Assembly: GCA_973895155.1 (NCBI GenBank)
Contig: OZ316892.1
Location: forward strand, 1,677,223-1,741,222
Source of the DNA: Marsupella aquatica
Lineage: Eukaryota > Plantae > Marchantiophyta
Reading direction: 5' to 3'
Length of the DNA stretch: 64,000 nucleotides
Part shown: positions 11,554-22,965 of the stretch, piece by piece
Layout: each line of letters opens with the position of its first letter
How positions within the stretch are numbered: position 1 is the first letter of the stretch
Position numbers and translations under genes: made by a program
The notes under the pieces: model-generated
What the model was told of the DNA's origin: nothing
Database searches by the model: none
The model's input: the letters and a program-made list of their open reading frames with translations, nothing else

Positions 11554-13493
11554 TTAGTAAGTGAGGCTTGGAGTGAGCCTAGACCGCTGCTTCCTATCCC
11601 ACACAGATTTGCAAATTTAGGCTTCACAAATCTTAGAAGCCAAGTCTAGTGAACAACATGTTGTTTGCAGAGCTCAAGCAAGAATATGTCATTATGCATG
11701 CAGCTGCACATCTCTCATTGTTAAATCTAGATCGATTCTTCTCCGTATCGTGGAACAACAAACATTGGAACTACCAGAAAAGGGTGCTTCTCACAAACAC
11801 AATAATCCGTACTTTTGCTTTCACAGTCGGCATGCAAAAAAACTCAAAACTCAGAGTCGGTTATGCTTTTGGCAACCGTTTTTTTTGTTGCCAATATTGA
11901 AAATTATCTTATATTTTTAATAAAATAAAATTAAACTAAAATGATTAGTGTTAAAAAAAATTGACCTTTTCTTTTGTATTTGATTTACATTTATTTTACT
12001 CTTACTTTAAGGACTTATGGCATGGCAACCTAATTATTGCACAAAATTTGTCACAAACAAACAGGATTTGGGCACTATTTTTTTCCACAAAAAATTTGTA
12101 TCCTCTTTGTCTTCGTCTATGTTGATGTGGTACATCCTGGTGCCAGGAAATGTGCAAGAGACCCTTCATGGGGTCTGTAATAAGCTTTCTTGGTGTTAGC
12201 ATAACCAAGCCTGAGCAACTGGGGCAAAGGAAACCCCTGGATGATTGATCGTTGTTACAGAGTGTGTTTGATTTGAAAGAAGGGCACAAGGACCGTGTCA
12301 ACCACTAGATCATAATATAGTGGAGTGCATGGATATAAGAATTGAAATTTTTAGAAATAGTTTCAAAAATTTACGATATCTGTACTGTAGGTTTTTGCTT
12401 TATAGTCACCCATATGGAAATACTGTCATACTTTAGCGCCCATAGTACAGTAGCTACCAATTATTTTTCCAAAGGACGTATCATGGAAGAGTTAAAGTAG
12501 TTCCTGATGCCCTTTGTGATTTTTCTTTTTGTAATTTTATGTGCAATCTCAGTGTACTACACTATTTGCACAATTCTAAAAAAAAGTAGGAACAAACTTG
12601 CTCCATGAAAGGCACTGAAAACGTGGGTTGGCTTATCAACAAGAAGTGGTTTTTTCAACTTTTATTAAGAACTGGATGTGGATATTGAAAATTCAAATCT
12701 CGTCGGGCTAAATATTTCTTGATGTCCTGGTGTTTGTAGAGCTCTGATCCATCCTCGCAACAAATTTCGCATTAGAAGCATAACTATTTACTAACTTTGT
12801 TACCCGTAATTATTATTATCACGGGGAAACCGGCTTATTAGGAGTGCCCAATAATATTTTGTCCAGTAGTATATTACAGTTAAGGCCACAGGAGTTCAGG
12901 ACGCGGCTTTTGAGAACAGCATCGGGTCGCTGAGTCTAAGCCGTGGATATGCATCTTCACCGTTGAATATAGTTATGTATCATTAGGTGCTCATTACAGC
13001 AATGATTCTCTGCATGACACCTACTCTATGTTGGACTGTAAAATGCGCCAAGTGTGCTGCGGGGCGGGATCAACGGCGGTCGGTGGTCTAGACATTTGGA
13101 GGAATACAGTATATTTATAACTCCTGTCCATATGTGACATGTCGTTCGTAGCCCCTGACAGCTGAACTTTTTCTTTAATTTGAAAGGAGCACTTTACAAG
13201 AAAAGTAAAACCATACCTGACATACTTAATAGCCTTCCCTAATAATGTTGTGCTGCTGGTGCAGTGTAAACTTTAAAGTTTTTCCTTTTTCGCGTGTGTA
13301 AAAGACGAACTGGATAGATGCTAGACACATTCTTTATTTTATTTTGTGAGCTCCCTACAATGAAATGTAGCAAATTTCTGCCACTGGAAAAATGCTCCTG
13401 TAGTGCCATCTATGTGCAAAAGATGAATGGGCCATCTATGTGCAAAAGATGAATGGTCAGACACTCAAACTTTGGACGAGACGGCAAAATATT

Positions 13494-14331
13494 TACGGAC
13501 CCCACTAGAGGTCCCTTCCCAAATTCCTGGCATCACAGCGTGCCACATCAACAACAACCGCAACAAACAAGACTCGTTGGTTTTGTGAATCAAACTTATA
13601 GTTTTCATTCGTGTTTGTGTCAATTTGGGTGTAAATTTTGGGACGCCATGCCATAAAAAGAAAAGTAAAAACATTGAAAATGCAAAGAGCAAGACGGTTA
13701 AAACAGTCACTATGTAACCGTTTTAGTTACATTTCCAATTTTAAAACTTAAATTCAAAGATTTATAAAAAGTATTTTTCATATAATAAATAATGACTAAT
13801 AACTAACTTGATAACTTACTAGTTAAACCGCAACTCCCGGTATGTATGGACCTATCGTATTGTGCGGTCATTAATACTGGGAAGAGCACATAGAAACCCA
13901 GGATCGGGGAGGAGGAATGGCTGGAATCTTGAAAGTTCATCGAATTTTATACTCAAAACTATTTACTCATTCTCAAAACAAAAAATACCCAGTTGTAAAT
14001 CGCATTGAGATCTTTCTTTTGCACACTAGATTGCCTTCTAACATGGATGAATAAGATTTCTAGAGGCATTACAAAATGGACGGCAAAGATCGTGAAATCA
14101 ACAAAATCGACGGCTAGGAAGGCTTGGATTTGTTTAATTTTTCATTTGAAAAATATTAACCCATTTGCAAAACGGACAGAACCCATCCATAGATCTATTT
14201 GAGATCTTTCTTTTGAGCCATAGACTGACCATTATGATGGACGGACAAGATTTCCAGAGATAAGAAATGGAGACGGCTCAGATCGACTCTTCCCCCTAAT
14301 TTTATTAGCCAAGGGGTCCACGAACTAATTT
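13494..14331. mobile_element. Non-coding interspersed repeat, same family as 1921-3391
   Basis: It shares both ends with 1921-3391, has short inverted termini (ggacccc / ggggtcc), and contains an internal diverged duplication at ~14005 and ~14199 (ttgagatctttctttt...). Confidence 0.5.
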
Positions 14332-14539
14332 GGGGTCTTGTAAAATGTACGTTGTCATGCAATTTCACAATTAGAGTTCTTAAGGAAACATTGACTTTTT
14401 GAGTGTTTACTTTGTTTTTAACTTAAAAATAAAAACAGAGAATTATATATACCAACCCCAAAAGCAATTTATGAATTGCGCTAACCAAAAATTGAGAAAG
14501 TAAAGCTTGGATGGACCACCACATTGGACTCAATGCTGC

Positions 14540-15000
14540 TGTGGATCACATTTTGGTGGTCCATAGGAGTTGTGTGCTTATAACTTTATGACTTTGAGTC
14601 TGAAAATAGTTTTTTAGTTTTTTACCTCCAAGGCAACGACAGAAGAAGGAAACAGGAAAAAACACAAACCCTAATATTTAATATTAACACAATGAAAATT
14701 AATCTAATAAAATTTACCACTCCACATTTCATGATGAATAACTCAAACAAATGGCCAAAAGCTCACTCTCACTTTGATGGAAATGTGGCATGGCTTACCT
14801 ATGCACATCAAGTTATTTCAATGAAACTCAAATTTTGGGAAATGTTTCAAACTACCAACATTGTGGTCCATGGGAGCATCAGTTTCAAAAAGTGATTACA
14901 CAGGATTTTATCAGTTTGCATTGTTTACCAGACAGCCTCTCAAAATGAGGGCTCTAGCTTCATTTTTGGGGGGCTACTATTGCCCATGAAGCCCCCTTGT
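14540..15000. repeat. Interspersed repeat, homologous to 32095-32420 and ~33165-33290
   Basis: ggatcacattttggtggtccat...aaggcaac...ccctaatatt...aatgaaaattaatctaata occurs at both loci in direct orientation. Confidence 0.6.
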
Positions 15001-15170
15001 AACATGGCATCATTGCACAGAAGGCCAGATTTTTTAATTTGTATTCAAAGTATAGGTTAGATTTTGTAAATGCACCAAATCTAATTTCATTGTGAAACCA
15101 CACCAAAAATTACGAAGAGAAAAATCACTATGCTAGTAGCATCCGCACTCCATCATGACCTGGCAGGCTA

Positions 15171-15520
15171 TTGACCTCATTTTCCAGGGCATGCATGTTT
15201 TTTCTGTTTGCACAGGTCCCTGTTATCTATATTTTTTTCGCAGATAGGTCACAAGAGGAAATGCAGACTGGCAAATCAAGCAATTCACTGACCTCATTTT
15301 CCAGGGCATGGATGTTTTTTCTGCTTTCACAGGTCCCTGCTATCCTTGATATTTTTTCCAGATAGGTCACAAGAGGAAATGCAGACTGGCAAATCAAGCA
15401 ATTTATCAACCTCATTTTCCAGGGCATGGATGTTTTTCTGCTTGCACAGGTCCCTGTTATCCTTGATATTTTTTCCAGATAGGTCACAAAAGGAAATGAA
15501 GACTAGCAAATCAAGCAATT
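15171..15520. repeat. Tandem repeat, 3 x ~117 bp
   Basis: Units start at 15171, 15288 and 15406 (acctcattttccagggcatg...gataggtcacaagaggaaatgcagactggcaaatcaagcaatt). Confidence 0.9.
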
Positions 15521-15774
15521 TTGGTGGACTGGAAAAACACCCAGGCTTGGCAAACTACATCAACGCTTGTCGCTCTTCCACATGCACAAATCAGGCACCA
15601 ACTTTTTTGTTCCTTGGCCCTCCACACAGTAGATCCTGCTAACACCTTGTGCTTTGTGACAGGAGCATGCCCAAATGTCAACCACCGGTGCATACAATCC
15701 CCAGTTTGAACTGGCAGACAAGTTGTAGTGTTGTCAGACACGACAACTTGTTATTTGTCGGCTCCAAAAGGGGT

Positions 15775-16152
15775 CATTTGTCACTTATTGGTCGATATTC
15801 CACGGCCGGCCTTGAACTTTCCTGACCCTCTCCCAGCCAGGTCCCAAACTTTCCCGACCCCCTCCCGGCCCAGTCCTGAACTCTCCCAAACCCTCCCTAC
15901 CTGGTCCAGACTCCCCCGTTTTAGTGAGCCAGCCCCCCGGTTCGGGGTCGGGGCCAGGTTGGGGCGGGGTAAGGTAAGGTAAGGTCCGGGCCGGGGTGGG
16001 GTCGGAGGGGGTGGGACAGGCCGGGGTTGGGGTCAGGGCCGGTCAGGGCCGGTCAGGGCCGGTCAGGGTCGGGGCGGGGTGTGGGCCAGCTGGGGCCGGG
16101 GGTCATGGTCGGGGTTGGGGCCAGGGTCGGGATGACCAGGTGTGACAAATGT
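15775..16152. repeat. Foldback-like element with C-rich left half and G-rich right half
   Basis: catttgtcac (~15776) and gtgacaaatg (~16142) are inverted ends. CCC runs occupy 15805-15938 and GGG runs 15939-16135, including (ggtcagggcc)x3. Confidence 0.55.
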
Positions 16153-16627
16153 CATTTGTCAGGGTCCCCTTATTTGTTAGACAAATCCAAACCAGGATAC
16201 AATCTTTTGTGTGGGATGGCTCTACAATCTTAGAGCATCTCCAACGGTGCCTGCAAAGAGCTCCGTAACCCGCAAACCCCGGAGTAGCGGCTGTTTTTTG
16301 GAGAAAAGCATGTCCAACGGTGACCGCTTCTGTAAATTTTTGGAGAAAGCCGCTAACTTTCTCGCCTGTGTGCCGCTACTTTCGGGCAGGAAGGCGGTCG
16401 CCATTCCAAGCCCCTCCGCCATCCCCCAAATGAATCCACTGCAGCCAAGTAGCCACGCGGCACTCGCGATGCGAAGGAGTACTCGCGCCAGAATTGTGTC
16501 CAGATTTCCCGCTTCGACTTTCCATGAACAGTGATTGTTGTGGGACACAGGAGTTGTCGTGCAAACCTGACATTGCACACGAGAATTTCAGTGACATTGC
16601 GCGTACAAAGTTGAAAGTTGTGAGACA

Positions 16628-17644
16628 ATGGCAGCAAGTCGTGGGAAAAATTATGGTGCAGAAGAGCTTAAACAATTGTGCTACAGTGTTCTTCATGTGT
16701 CCCAAGATCCCTGCGTTGGTGCAGGGCAGAGGGCTGAGAGATTTTGGGACCGGGTGACCGAGCATTACGAGAAACACAAACCGAAGGGAGCTGAGTCGAG
16801 GGGCCGAAAATCTCTGGAAGGGAAGTGGTCTAATATTAAACATGATGTGTCAAAATTCATCGGATGTTTTCAGCAGGTAGAGGACCTTCAGATTTCGGGG
16901 ACCAACGTCGATGACACTATGCTGAAGGCGAAGGAATTATACAAACAGAACCATCCCAAAGGGAAAACTTTTTCTTTCGATTCCTGCTTCTGGATTTTGA
17001 AAGATTGTCCACGGTGGGGGAATCCAGCAGACGATATGGCAAAAGGGAAGGGCAGGAAATCCACATCATCCAGGTCCGACACGATCGAGAATGAACATTC
17101 TAGCCCGAGTCCAATCATCATTGAGAATGGTGACAATGAAAGTGTCGATAGGCAGCACCAAGAACCTGTCGAAGATTGTGATGCAAGGAAGAGGCCTCAG
17201 GGAAACAAGAGAGCCAAGGAAGATCACAAGCGAATGAAGGTTGAACAAGAAGCAATGAAGGTAAGTGCGAATGCCCAACGGGAGATGGCAGCTGCGAATC
17301 GAGATCGGGTCAGGACATTGCAGAACAATTCGTTGATGAAGTTGCTGACATTACCTACAGACAACATGGAACCAGAGCTCCGTGATTATGTCCGACAGTG
17401 GAAGCTGGAAGAGGCCAGGAAATTGAAAGCTCGGATGCAGGCTACAGAACCTCCACAAAATCCGCCACAAAATCCACTCCCTGTTTTTCGTGAGACCAGA
17501 GTTGATAGTCCGGTTTTTGATGACAGCACAGTTGAACTGGATGAAAACACAGGGGTAGCAGAGGACCATGTAGATTTGGAAACCCAATTTCGGGCATGTG
17601 AACCTGGATTTTCGTTCCAGGGTTTGCTAGCTAGCCAGTTGTAG
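16628..17644 (+). CDS. Harbinger ORF1, Myb/SANT-like DNA-binding protein with NAM-associated-like C-terminus (338 aa)
   Basis: RGKNYGAEELKQLCYSVLHVSQDPCVGAGQRAERFWDRV...SLEGKWSNI...FSFDSCFWILKDCPRW...RPQGNKRAK is the pattern of Pong/PIF ORF1 proteins. It lies inside the TIRs. Confidence 0.85.
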   Translation: MAASRGKNYGAEELKQLCYSVLHVSQDPCVGAGQRAERFWDRVTEHYEKHKPKGAESRGRKSLEGKWSNIKHDVSKFIGCFQQVEDLQISGTNVDDTMLKAKELYKQNHPKGKTFSFDSCFWILKDCPRWGNPADDMAKGKGRKSTSSRSDTIENEHSSPSPIIIENGDNESVDRQHQEPVEDCDARKRPQGNKRAKEDHKRMKVEQEAMKVSANAQREMAAANRDRVRTLQNNSLMKLLTLPTDNMEPELRDYVRQWKLEEARKLKARMQATEPPQNPPQNPLPVFRETRVDSPVFDDSTVELDENTGVAEDHVDLETQFRACEPGFSFQGLLASQL

Positions 17645-17932
17645 TCACTAGAGTCGATGCAATTCATTGTATGCTCATTTTGTAATAAAATTGGCTCAAA
17701 CGTTTTGGCAAACATTGTACATTGCAAATTCACGGAATTCCCATTCCATGTCATAAATTAGCGAGTAAATTAGAAGAGGTTACAAAATTGGAGGCCAGGC
17801 CCCAAGTTCTAGATGGCCACATGATAGCCACCATGTCTGCAGTCTGCATTCTACCTATATTTGGCCTAGCTTGGTGCTTCACAAAATGGCTTAACTTGCG
17901 CTTGAGCTTTCTAGGTGCAAAAACGGAAGCTC

Positions 17933-18298
17933 TCAATGAGCCCTAGGTTTACGCTTCGGGCTACGTGACTGCTTTGTGAAAACCACATAGCAGTCGTCAC
18001 TGGAGGTAGACCTGTTGGTGCTGAGACGATCCGAAAATGCCTGATCTTCAGAATCCTCCATCTCTGCCATTAGTTGTGCCTCCTCCGAATTTTCAGGCTC
18101 GAAGTCCATCAACGTCATCTCCAATGGTGCTCTCGAGCTTCTCTGTTTTCCCCCATTTGCTGGAAGTGCCTTGGAGTTCCCAGTATTCATCTTTTGCTCC
18201 TTCGGGTCCTCCTGCTTTGGCAAAGGACTGGGATTCCATTTGCTTGCAGCTGTGGATGCAAGACTTGAACTAGAACTTCCACGTGAAAGCGAGCTCAT
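17933..18298 (-). CDS. Putative third ORF within the Harbinger element (121 aa from ATG, Ser-rich/acidic with a basic C-terminus)
   Basis: Open frame MSSLSRGSSSSS...KQSRSPKRKPRAH. No family is recognised. It is preceded by candidate splice sites. Confidence 0.25.
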   Translation of the reverse strand: MSSLSRGSSSSSLASTAASKWNPSPLPKQEDPKEQKMNTGNSKALPANGGKQRSSRAPLEMTLMDFEPENSEEAQLMAEMEDSEDQAFSDRLSTNRSTSSDDCYVVFTKQSRSPKRKPRAH

Positions 18299-18658
18299 TT
18301 TTGAAATGCCAGAACACTGTGGGCAGGTCCAAGAGCACATAATTAACCACAAAGCACTTCGGGAGGCTTCGAATGTTTTTCAGTAGGTTCGCACATTAGC
18401 AAGGCAGGTCTGTACATTCCACATTGCCTCGATAGTATCTCCCGAGCTGGATGTACCTTCGAAACAGGTGGACTGAAGTGTGAGTCAATGTGGAAGCAAG
18501 TCAAATGTACTCATCACTGTACCAACAGAAAATCAGGTCACACCTGCGACTTGATTCCCTCAAGTCCCAAGCTTAAAAACTCATGCTTGAAGCTTTCAGT
18601 CAATAAAATAAATGCAAAGATGGGCAGCAAAATCTGATTGACTATACTCACCTGGATT

Positions 18659-19969
18659 TCAGTGATCAGAAACACCAGACCCCTTTCTACTCCAAAGGTG
18701 GTCAACAATGTCATTTCTCAAGCGAAAGTGGTTAGCCTTATTGTTAATTTCAGCTGTTGCAGCAAGGAACTCCAACCATGGCAGATTTCCCCTGTTCACT
18801 CTAGCAGCATGAACCCTTAAATATGGAGGAAAATTGTCATCTCTTTCATCCTCAACAATCATATTGTGGAGGATGACACATGCAAGAAAAATATTTACAA
18901 TGTTCTTTTCGTACCAGGACCTAGCAGGCCTTTTGACTATCTCAAATCTAGCTTGGAGGACCCCAAAAGCCCTCTCCACATCTTTTCTGGCTGCCTCCTG
19001 ACATCTTGCAAAATGCTTCAACTTATCAGATTGTGGCATGTGCACAGTGGATATGAACATAGACCACTCAGGATAAATTCCATCCACCAGTAGATAAGCT
19101 CGTTTGTACTCTGTACCATTGACATGGAAATTGACATTGGCTGAATCATTGCGCAACCATTCATTTAGAAGTGGTGATCGGTCAAGCACATTCAGGTCAT
19201 TATTTCCCCCAGCCAGCCCAAAAAAGGCATGCCAAATCCACAATTCTTGATCAGCAATTGCTTCCAGGATGATGGACTTGTTCTTGTCCTTGTCAGTGTA
19301 TTGGCCCTGCCAAGCAACAGGGCAATTCTTCCATGCCCAATGCATGCAATCCAATGAACCAAACATACCTGGGAAACCTCGGTTTGCATTGATTTGCAGC
19401 TGATTTGTGAAATCTGCAGCTGTTGGCTTCCTCAAGTATTCACCCTCATACAACTCCCTGATGGCTTTCACAAATCTATAAAGAGACTCCAATGCTGTGC
19501 TTTCAGCAATTCTATAATACTCATCCAAAGCATCTGCCCCAATTCCATAAGCCAACTGCCTCAATGCTGCTGTCAACTTTTGATGTGGAGACAAGCCTAC
19601 CTTTCCTGCAGCATCAACCTTCAGACAGAAATAAGTGTCATGAGCACAGACATCAAGAAGTATTTTGTTAAACAAACCGCTGCTCATTCTAAATCTCCTC
19701 CTGAATTTCAATTCATCATAGGTTGGTGTATCAGAAAAATAATCATTCCATAGGTCTTCTGCCCCTTTTTCTCTGCGTCTCTCCACATTCTCACTCCTGC
19801 CTGGTCTAGACCCTCCATGCTTTCTTTTCCTTGACTGTTGGCCCAAATTTGGAATAGAAAGGGGTCCCGTGAACATCATCAACTCCCAAAATCTTTGTTC
19901 CTCATCCCAATCAGCTTCCTCCTCATCCAATTCTTCCTCGAGATCTGCCAGCCACCCTTCGAGGTCCAT
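18659..19969 (-). CDS. Pong-like PIF/Harbinger DDE transposase (436 aa from the ATG at 19969)
   Basis: FRRRFRMS, LSPHQKLTAALRQLAYG, RGFPGMFGSLDCMHWAWKNCPVAWQGQY, LLVDGIYP, RKDVERAFGVLQARF and ACVILHNMIVEDER are all present. The D-D-E triad is intact with no stops. Confidence 0.95.
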   Translation of the reverse strand: MDLEGWLADLEEELDEEEADWDEEQRFWELMMFTGPLSIPNLGQQSRKRKHGGSRPGRSENVERRREKGAEDLWNDYFSDTPTYDELKFRRRFRMSSGLFNKILLDVCAHDTYFCLKVDAAGKVGLSPHQKLTAALRQLAYGIGADALDEYYRIAESTALESLYRFVKAIRELYEGEYLRKPTAADFTNQLQINANRGFPGMFGSLDCMHWAWKNCPVAWQGQYTDKDKNKSIILEAIADQELWIWHAFFGLAGGNNDLNVLDRSPLLNEWLRNDSANVNFHVNGTEYKRAYLLVDGIYPEWSMFISTVHMPQSDKLKHFARCQEAARKDVERAFGVLQARFEIVKRPARSWYEKNIVNIFLACVILHNMIVEDERDDNFPPYLRVHAARVNRGNLPWLEFLAATAEINNKANHFRLRNDIVDHLWSRKGSGVSDH

Positions 19970-22613
19970 TTTCGATAGATGAAGCACAGCCTGGTTTGCG
20001 AAGACTGATTAATTTTTCCCAATGAAAACTAGGTAAAGCTGGCCGTAAAGTGAAAGCGAACACCTGAAGGGAAGCACAGAGCACAAATCAACCCCAACAA
20101 ATTCAAATCGTAGGATCGACATGGTTCCTGCGGCTTCCAATTTTGCGAACCGGGAGTCGAGGTCTGCAAGAACCAGAGGGACAGAAAACACACGCAAAAC
20201 AGCGGCCAGTGTGCCACAACCCACTTCACGTTATTTTGGACCAGGTGGGCCCCAGCTCGTACGCACGCTTCATGGGATGGGGGTCAGAATGGGGTGTCCG
20301 CCGGTGGGGATTGCGTGGAAGGGGGCAACTCTCCATTTTGCGCAGGCGCCAAATGATCCGCTATACTATTGGGATAGCGGCGCAAAATCTCCAAACCGTT
20401 GGAGATGCTCTTAGCCTGCATTTGTATCTCTTAAAAGGTCCCTTTTCCAGCCCGCCGGTGTTCTAATAAGGGGGTGTGCCAAGAGGGATGGAAGTAAGGA
20501 ATTTCAGTACATGACAATAGTTTACTTTTTCTTTCCCTTCCTAACCACTTCCCAGATAACTTAACCAGACCTGAAGGTGATCATTCCGTGTCGAGATTGC
20601 CAATGACAGTACAGGAGTAAGTTCACAGCGTATGCCATCACTGTAATACTGTAAAGTGCAGATGCCATCTTCGACTGAGCGGACTGTCACATGAACTTAG
20701 CCTTTCTTTGGGGTAATCATGATTTGAGTATTTGATTACGCGGATTGCATTAAGGAGGACACGGAGAAAACTGAGGACATTGCCCACTACTTGCGCCCAA
20801 ACTGTGACTCGGATGGATCCACCATTAGTTCAATCTACGGCAGAGACAATTCGCAGCATTGACTGAGGTGAGACGCTGGAGGAGATGCAGACTTTGAATC
20901 TCAAAGCTTGTGAGATGACAGAACTTTAGATTTTGATGATCTCGGTCAAAACTTTAAGAACTCGAGTTTGATTCTCTCCAAGATTGACTGTAGCGAGTAT
21001 TACCAAATTTGGAACTTCATACTTACTTTAGGAGATCGGGTAAAATTGCTCGTTCTGAAAACGATTAATTAGCGACTACTTGCTTTTGACAATTTTGGTG
21101 GATGAAAATTCCCTTGCAGAAACTGAAGATCATCATTGTTAGCCAGGATTCTTTTTGACCTGGTGGTATGAAGTGCTCCTCTAATTTTTAAGAACTTAAG
21201 CGTACATTCACGTTCTAGAAAGAGTCTAACATTCTGGAAATTAAAGACCACGTACCAACCCCGACTGTCTGCTGATGAACTAAATGAGGTACACGTAGGA
21301 AAATGCACACCAGAGACGGTTTACTACTAGACTTTTGGTTATTACTCAAAGGTAGTGAGTATATTTGCTTAATATTTGGATTTCAATTGAGCTTGGCACT
21401 CTCATACCCTCAAGGTTACAAAGTTTTCATTGTACATACAGTCCACTTTCCTTCTTTGTGCAACAATCCCTGTGATAGCTACTTAATGTGCGTGTACTCC
21501 CATATTGCTTGAATCGAGAATTCTTCCCTGAACCGGGAAATAGTTAACAAACTTTCGAGCACGTTTCATGGCTTTCTCTTGAGAATCCGGGAAGCTCTTC
21601 AACAACAGTGGAGTTCCAGGTGAACGACCCTTATGAGACTCAATATCGCTTTTGGTTGAACTCAGACTGTCAGCCGGCCATAAGCGAAAGAACACGGTCA
21701 TGATCAGCCTTCCTAAATTGAAACGTCTAAATGTTAAACAGGCTACATGGGTCGATTTATTCATTTTACATATTAAGCCAAGAGCTTGATCTCGCACATC
21801 TGTGATTTCGACTGTCGAGATCGAAACAACTCACCGACCTTCCTTGTTCCATTGTATCCCGTGAACACTAGAAATTGAATGATTGTCAACACTGTCACCA
21901 AGTAACGAGCTTCATGATCTTCCCAATTGTCTGTCCGTGAGAGTTACTGAGGAATCCGGCTTTTAGTGCCCAATGCTCACTAAATTGGTGAATGGATGAA
22001 ATAGTCGTTCTGATTCGCAAGGGCTAGCCAAATCGCACAATCTCAAAGTACCTGTAATTAAGAGAATTGCCATTATGATGGCTGCAAATAGCGAAAACCT
22101 GATTGTATCGATCTGGGCTGCCAGTCAGTATTGCTTTAGAGGAACTTTCCAGCCAGCGCAACACAGCTTTCACTCTGATCCCCGCTCTGATCACCACGAA
22201 TCACCTTTGAGAACCGACGCATGTTTTAAAATGGTGAAAGCAATTTGCATCCCTTGCTATAATCTCGCGTCCCGTCGGCTTAGAGTTATGTGAGTGAACT
22301 CCTATCTTGCTTGATTAGAAAATCTGATTCGATCCAGCCCCGCCTTGCGTGCATGACCATGAACCTCCTTCACTTGCAGATCAGATAAGTGGATGCTCCT
22401 GGTTCGAAGCCCGGGTTCGAAGCCTTCCCGCTTCCAGGCCCGTCGCATTTGGAGATAGAGTCGATAATTATGCGACCAAGTTTTGCATACGTGCCAATCA
22501 TTGAATTCGATGTGCCTACATCGCATGTCTTCATTCTGTCAATGTCTTCAGTCTGTCAAAGACCAGTCCGGACGGCGTCATCTACACTGCCACTCCTTGC
22601 ATACATTTGAAAA

Positions 22614-22965
22614 AGTTCCGAATCGGATGAGCTAGTAGTATATATGCGTACTGCAACAGTTCGATTTTGTTTTCTGTCAGTCGCTTTTCGTCACGAAGTT
22701 CGGAATCGTATGAGCTAGTATATATGTTTACTGTCAGTAGCAGTTCGATTTTCTTTCATTCATTTTCTATATAAGCACCAAAGCAATTTGATTTCCTGTC
22801 ACTCGTGTTTCGTCACGAACTTCCGAAATCAATCGTATGAGCTAACTGTGTATATGCGTACTGCAGCAGTTCGATTTTTTTCTTTCAGTCATTTTCTTCT
22901 AGAGCACTAGTGCAATCTAATTTCTGTCAGTCGTTTTTCATCATGAAGTTTCTAATCTTCGTGAG
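22614..22965 (+). promoter_or_regulatory. Three diverged tandem units upstream of and overlapping the GH16 start codon, with a TATA-like tatataag at ~22768
   Basis: The unit agttc(c/g)gaatcg(g/t)atgagcta...cagttcgatttt...ctgtcagtcg...tcacga starts at 22614, 22697 and 22819. The last unit ends in tcATGa. Confidence 0.6.

Larger units (their letters stand above)
16233..20410. mobile_element. Pong-like PIF/Harbinger DNA transposon, apparently complete (4178 bp)
   Basis: Perfect 16-bp TIRs GAGCATCTCCAACGGT (16233-16248) and ACCGTTGGAGATGCTC (20395-20410). TTA TSD at 16230-16232 and 20411-20413. Encodes a Myb/SANT-like ORF1 and a DDE transposase. Confidence 0.95.

Noticed and set aside
12841-12873. 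Tc1-like terminus (ggagtgcccaataatattttgtccagtagtata)
   Set aside because: No convincing matching left TIR was found, so an element could not be delimited.
22398-22430. GGTTCGAAGCC twice, resembling a tRNA T-loop or B-box
   Set aside because: No cloverleaf, A-box or acceptor stem could be built. It is a short direct repeat.
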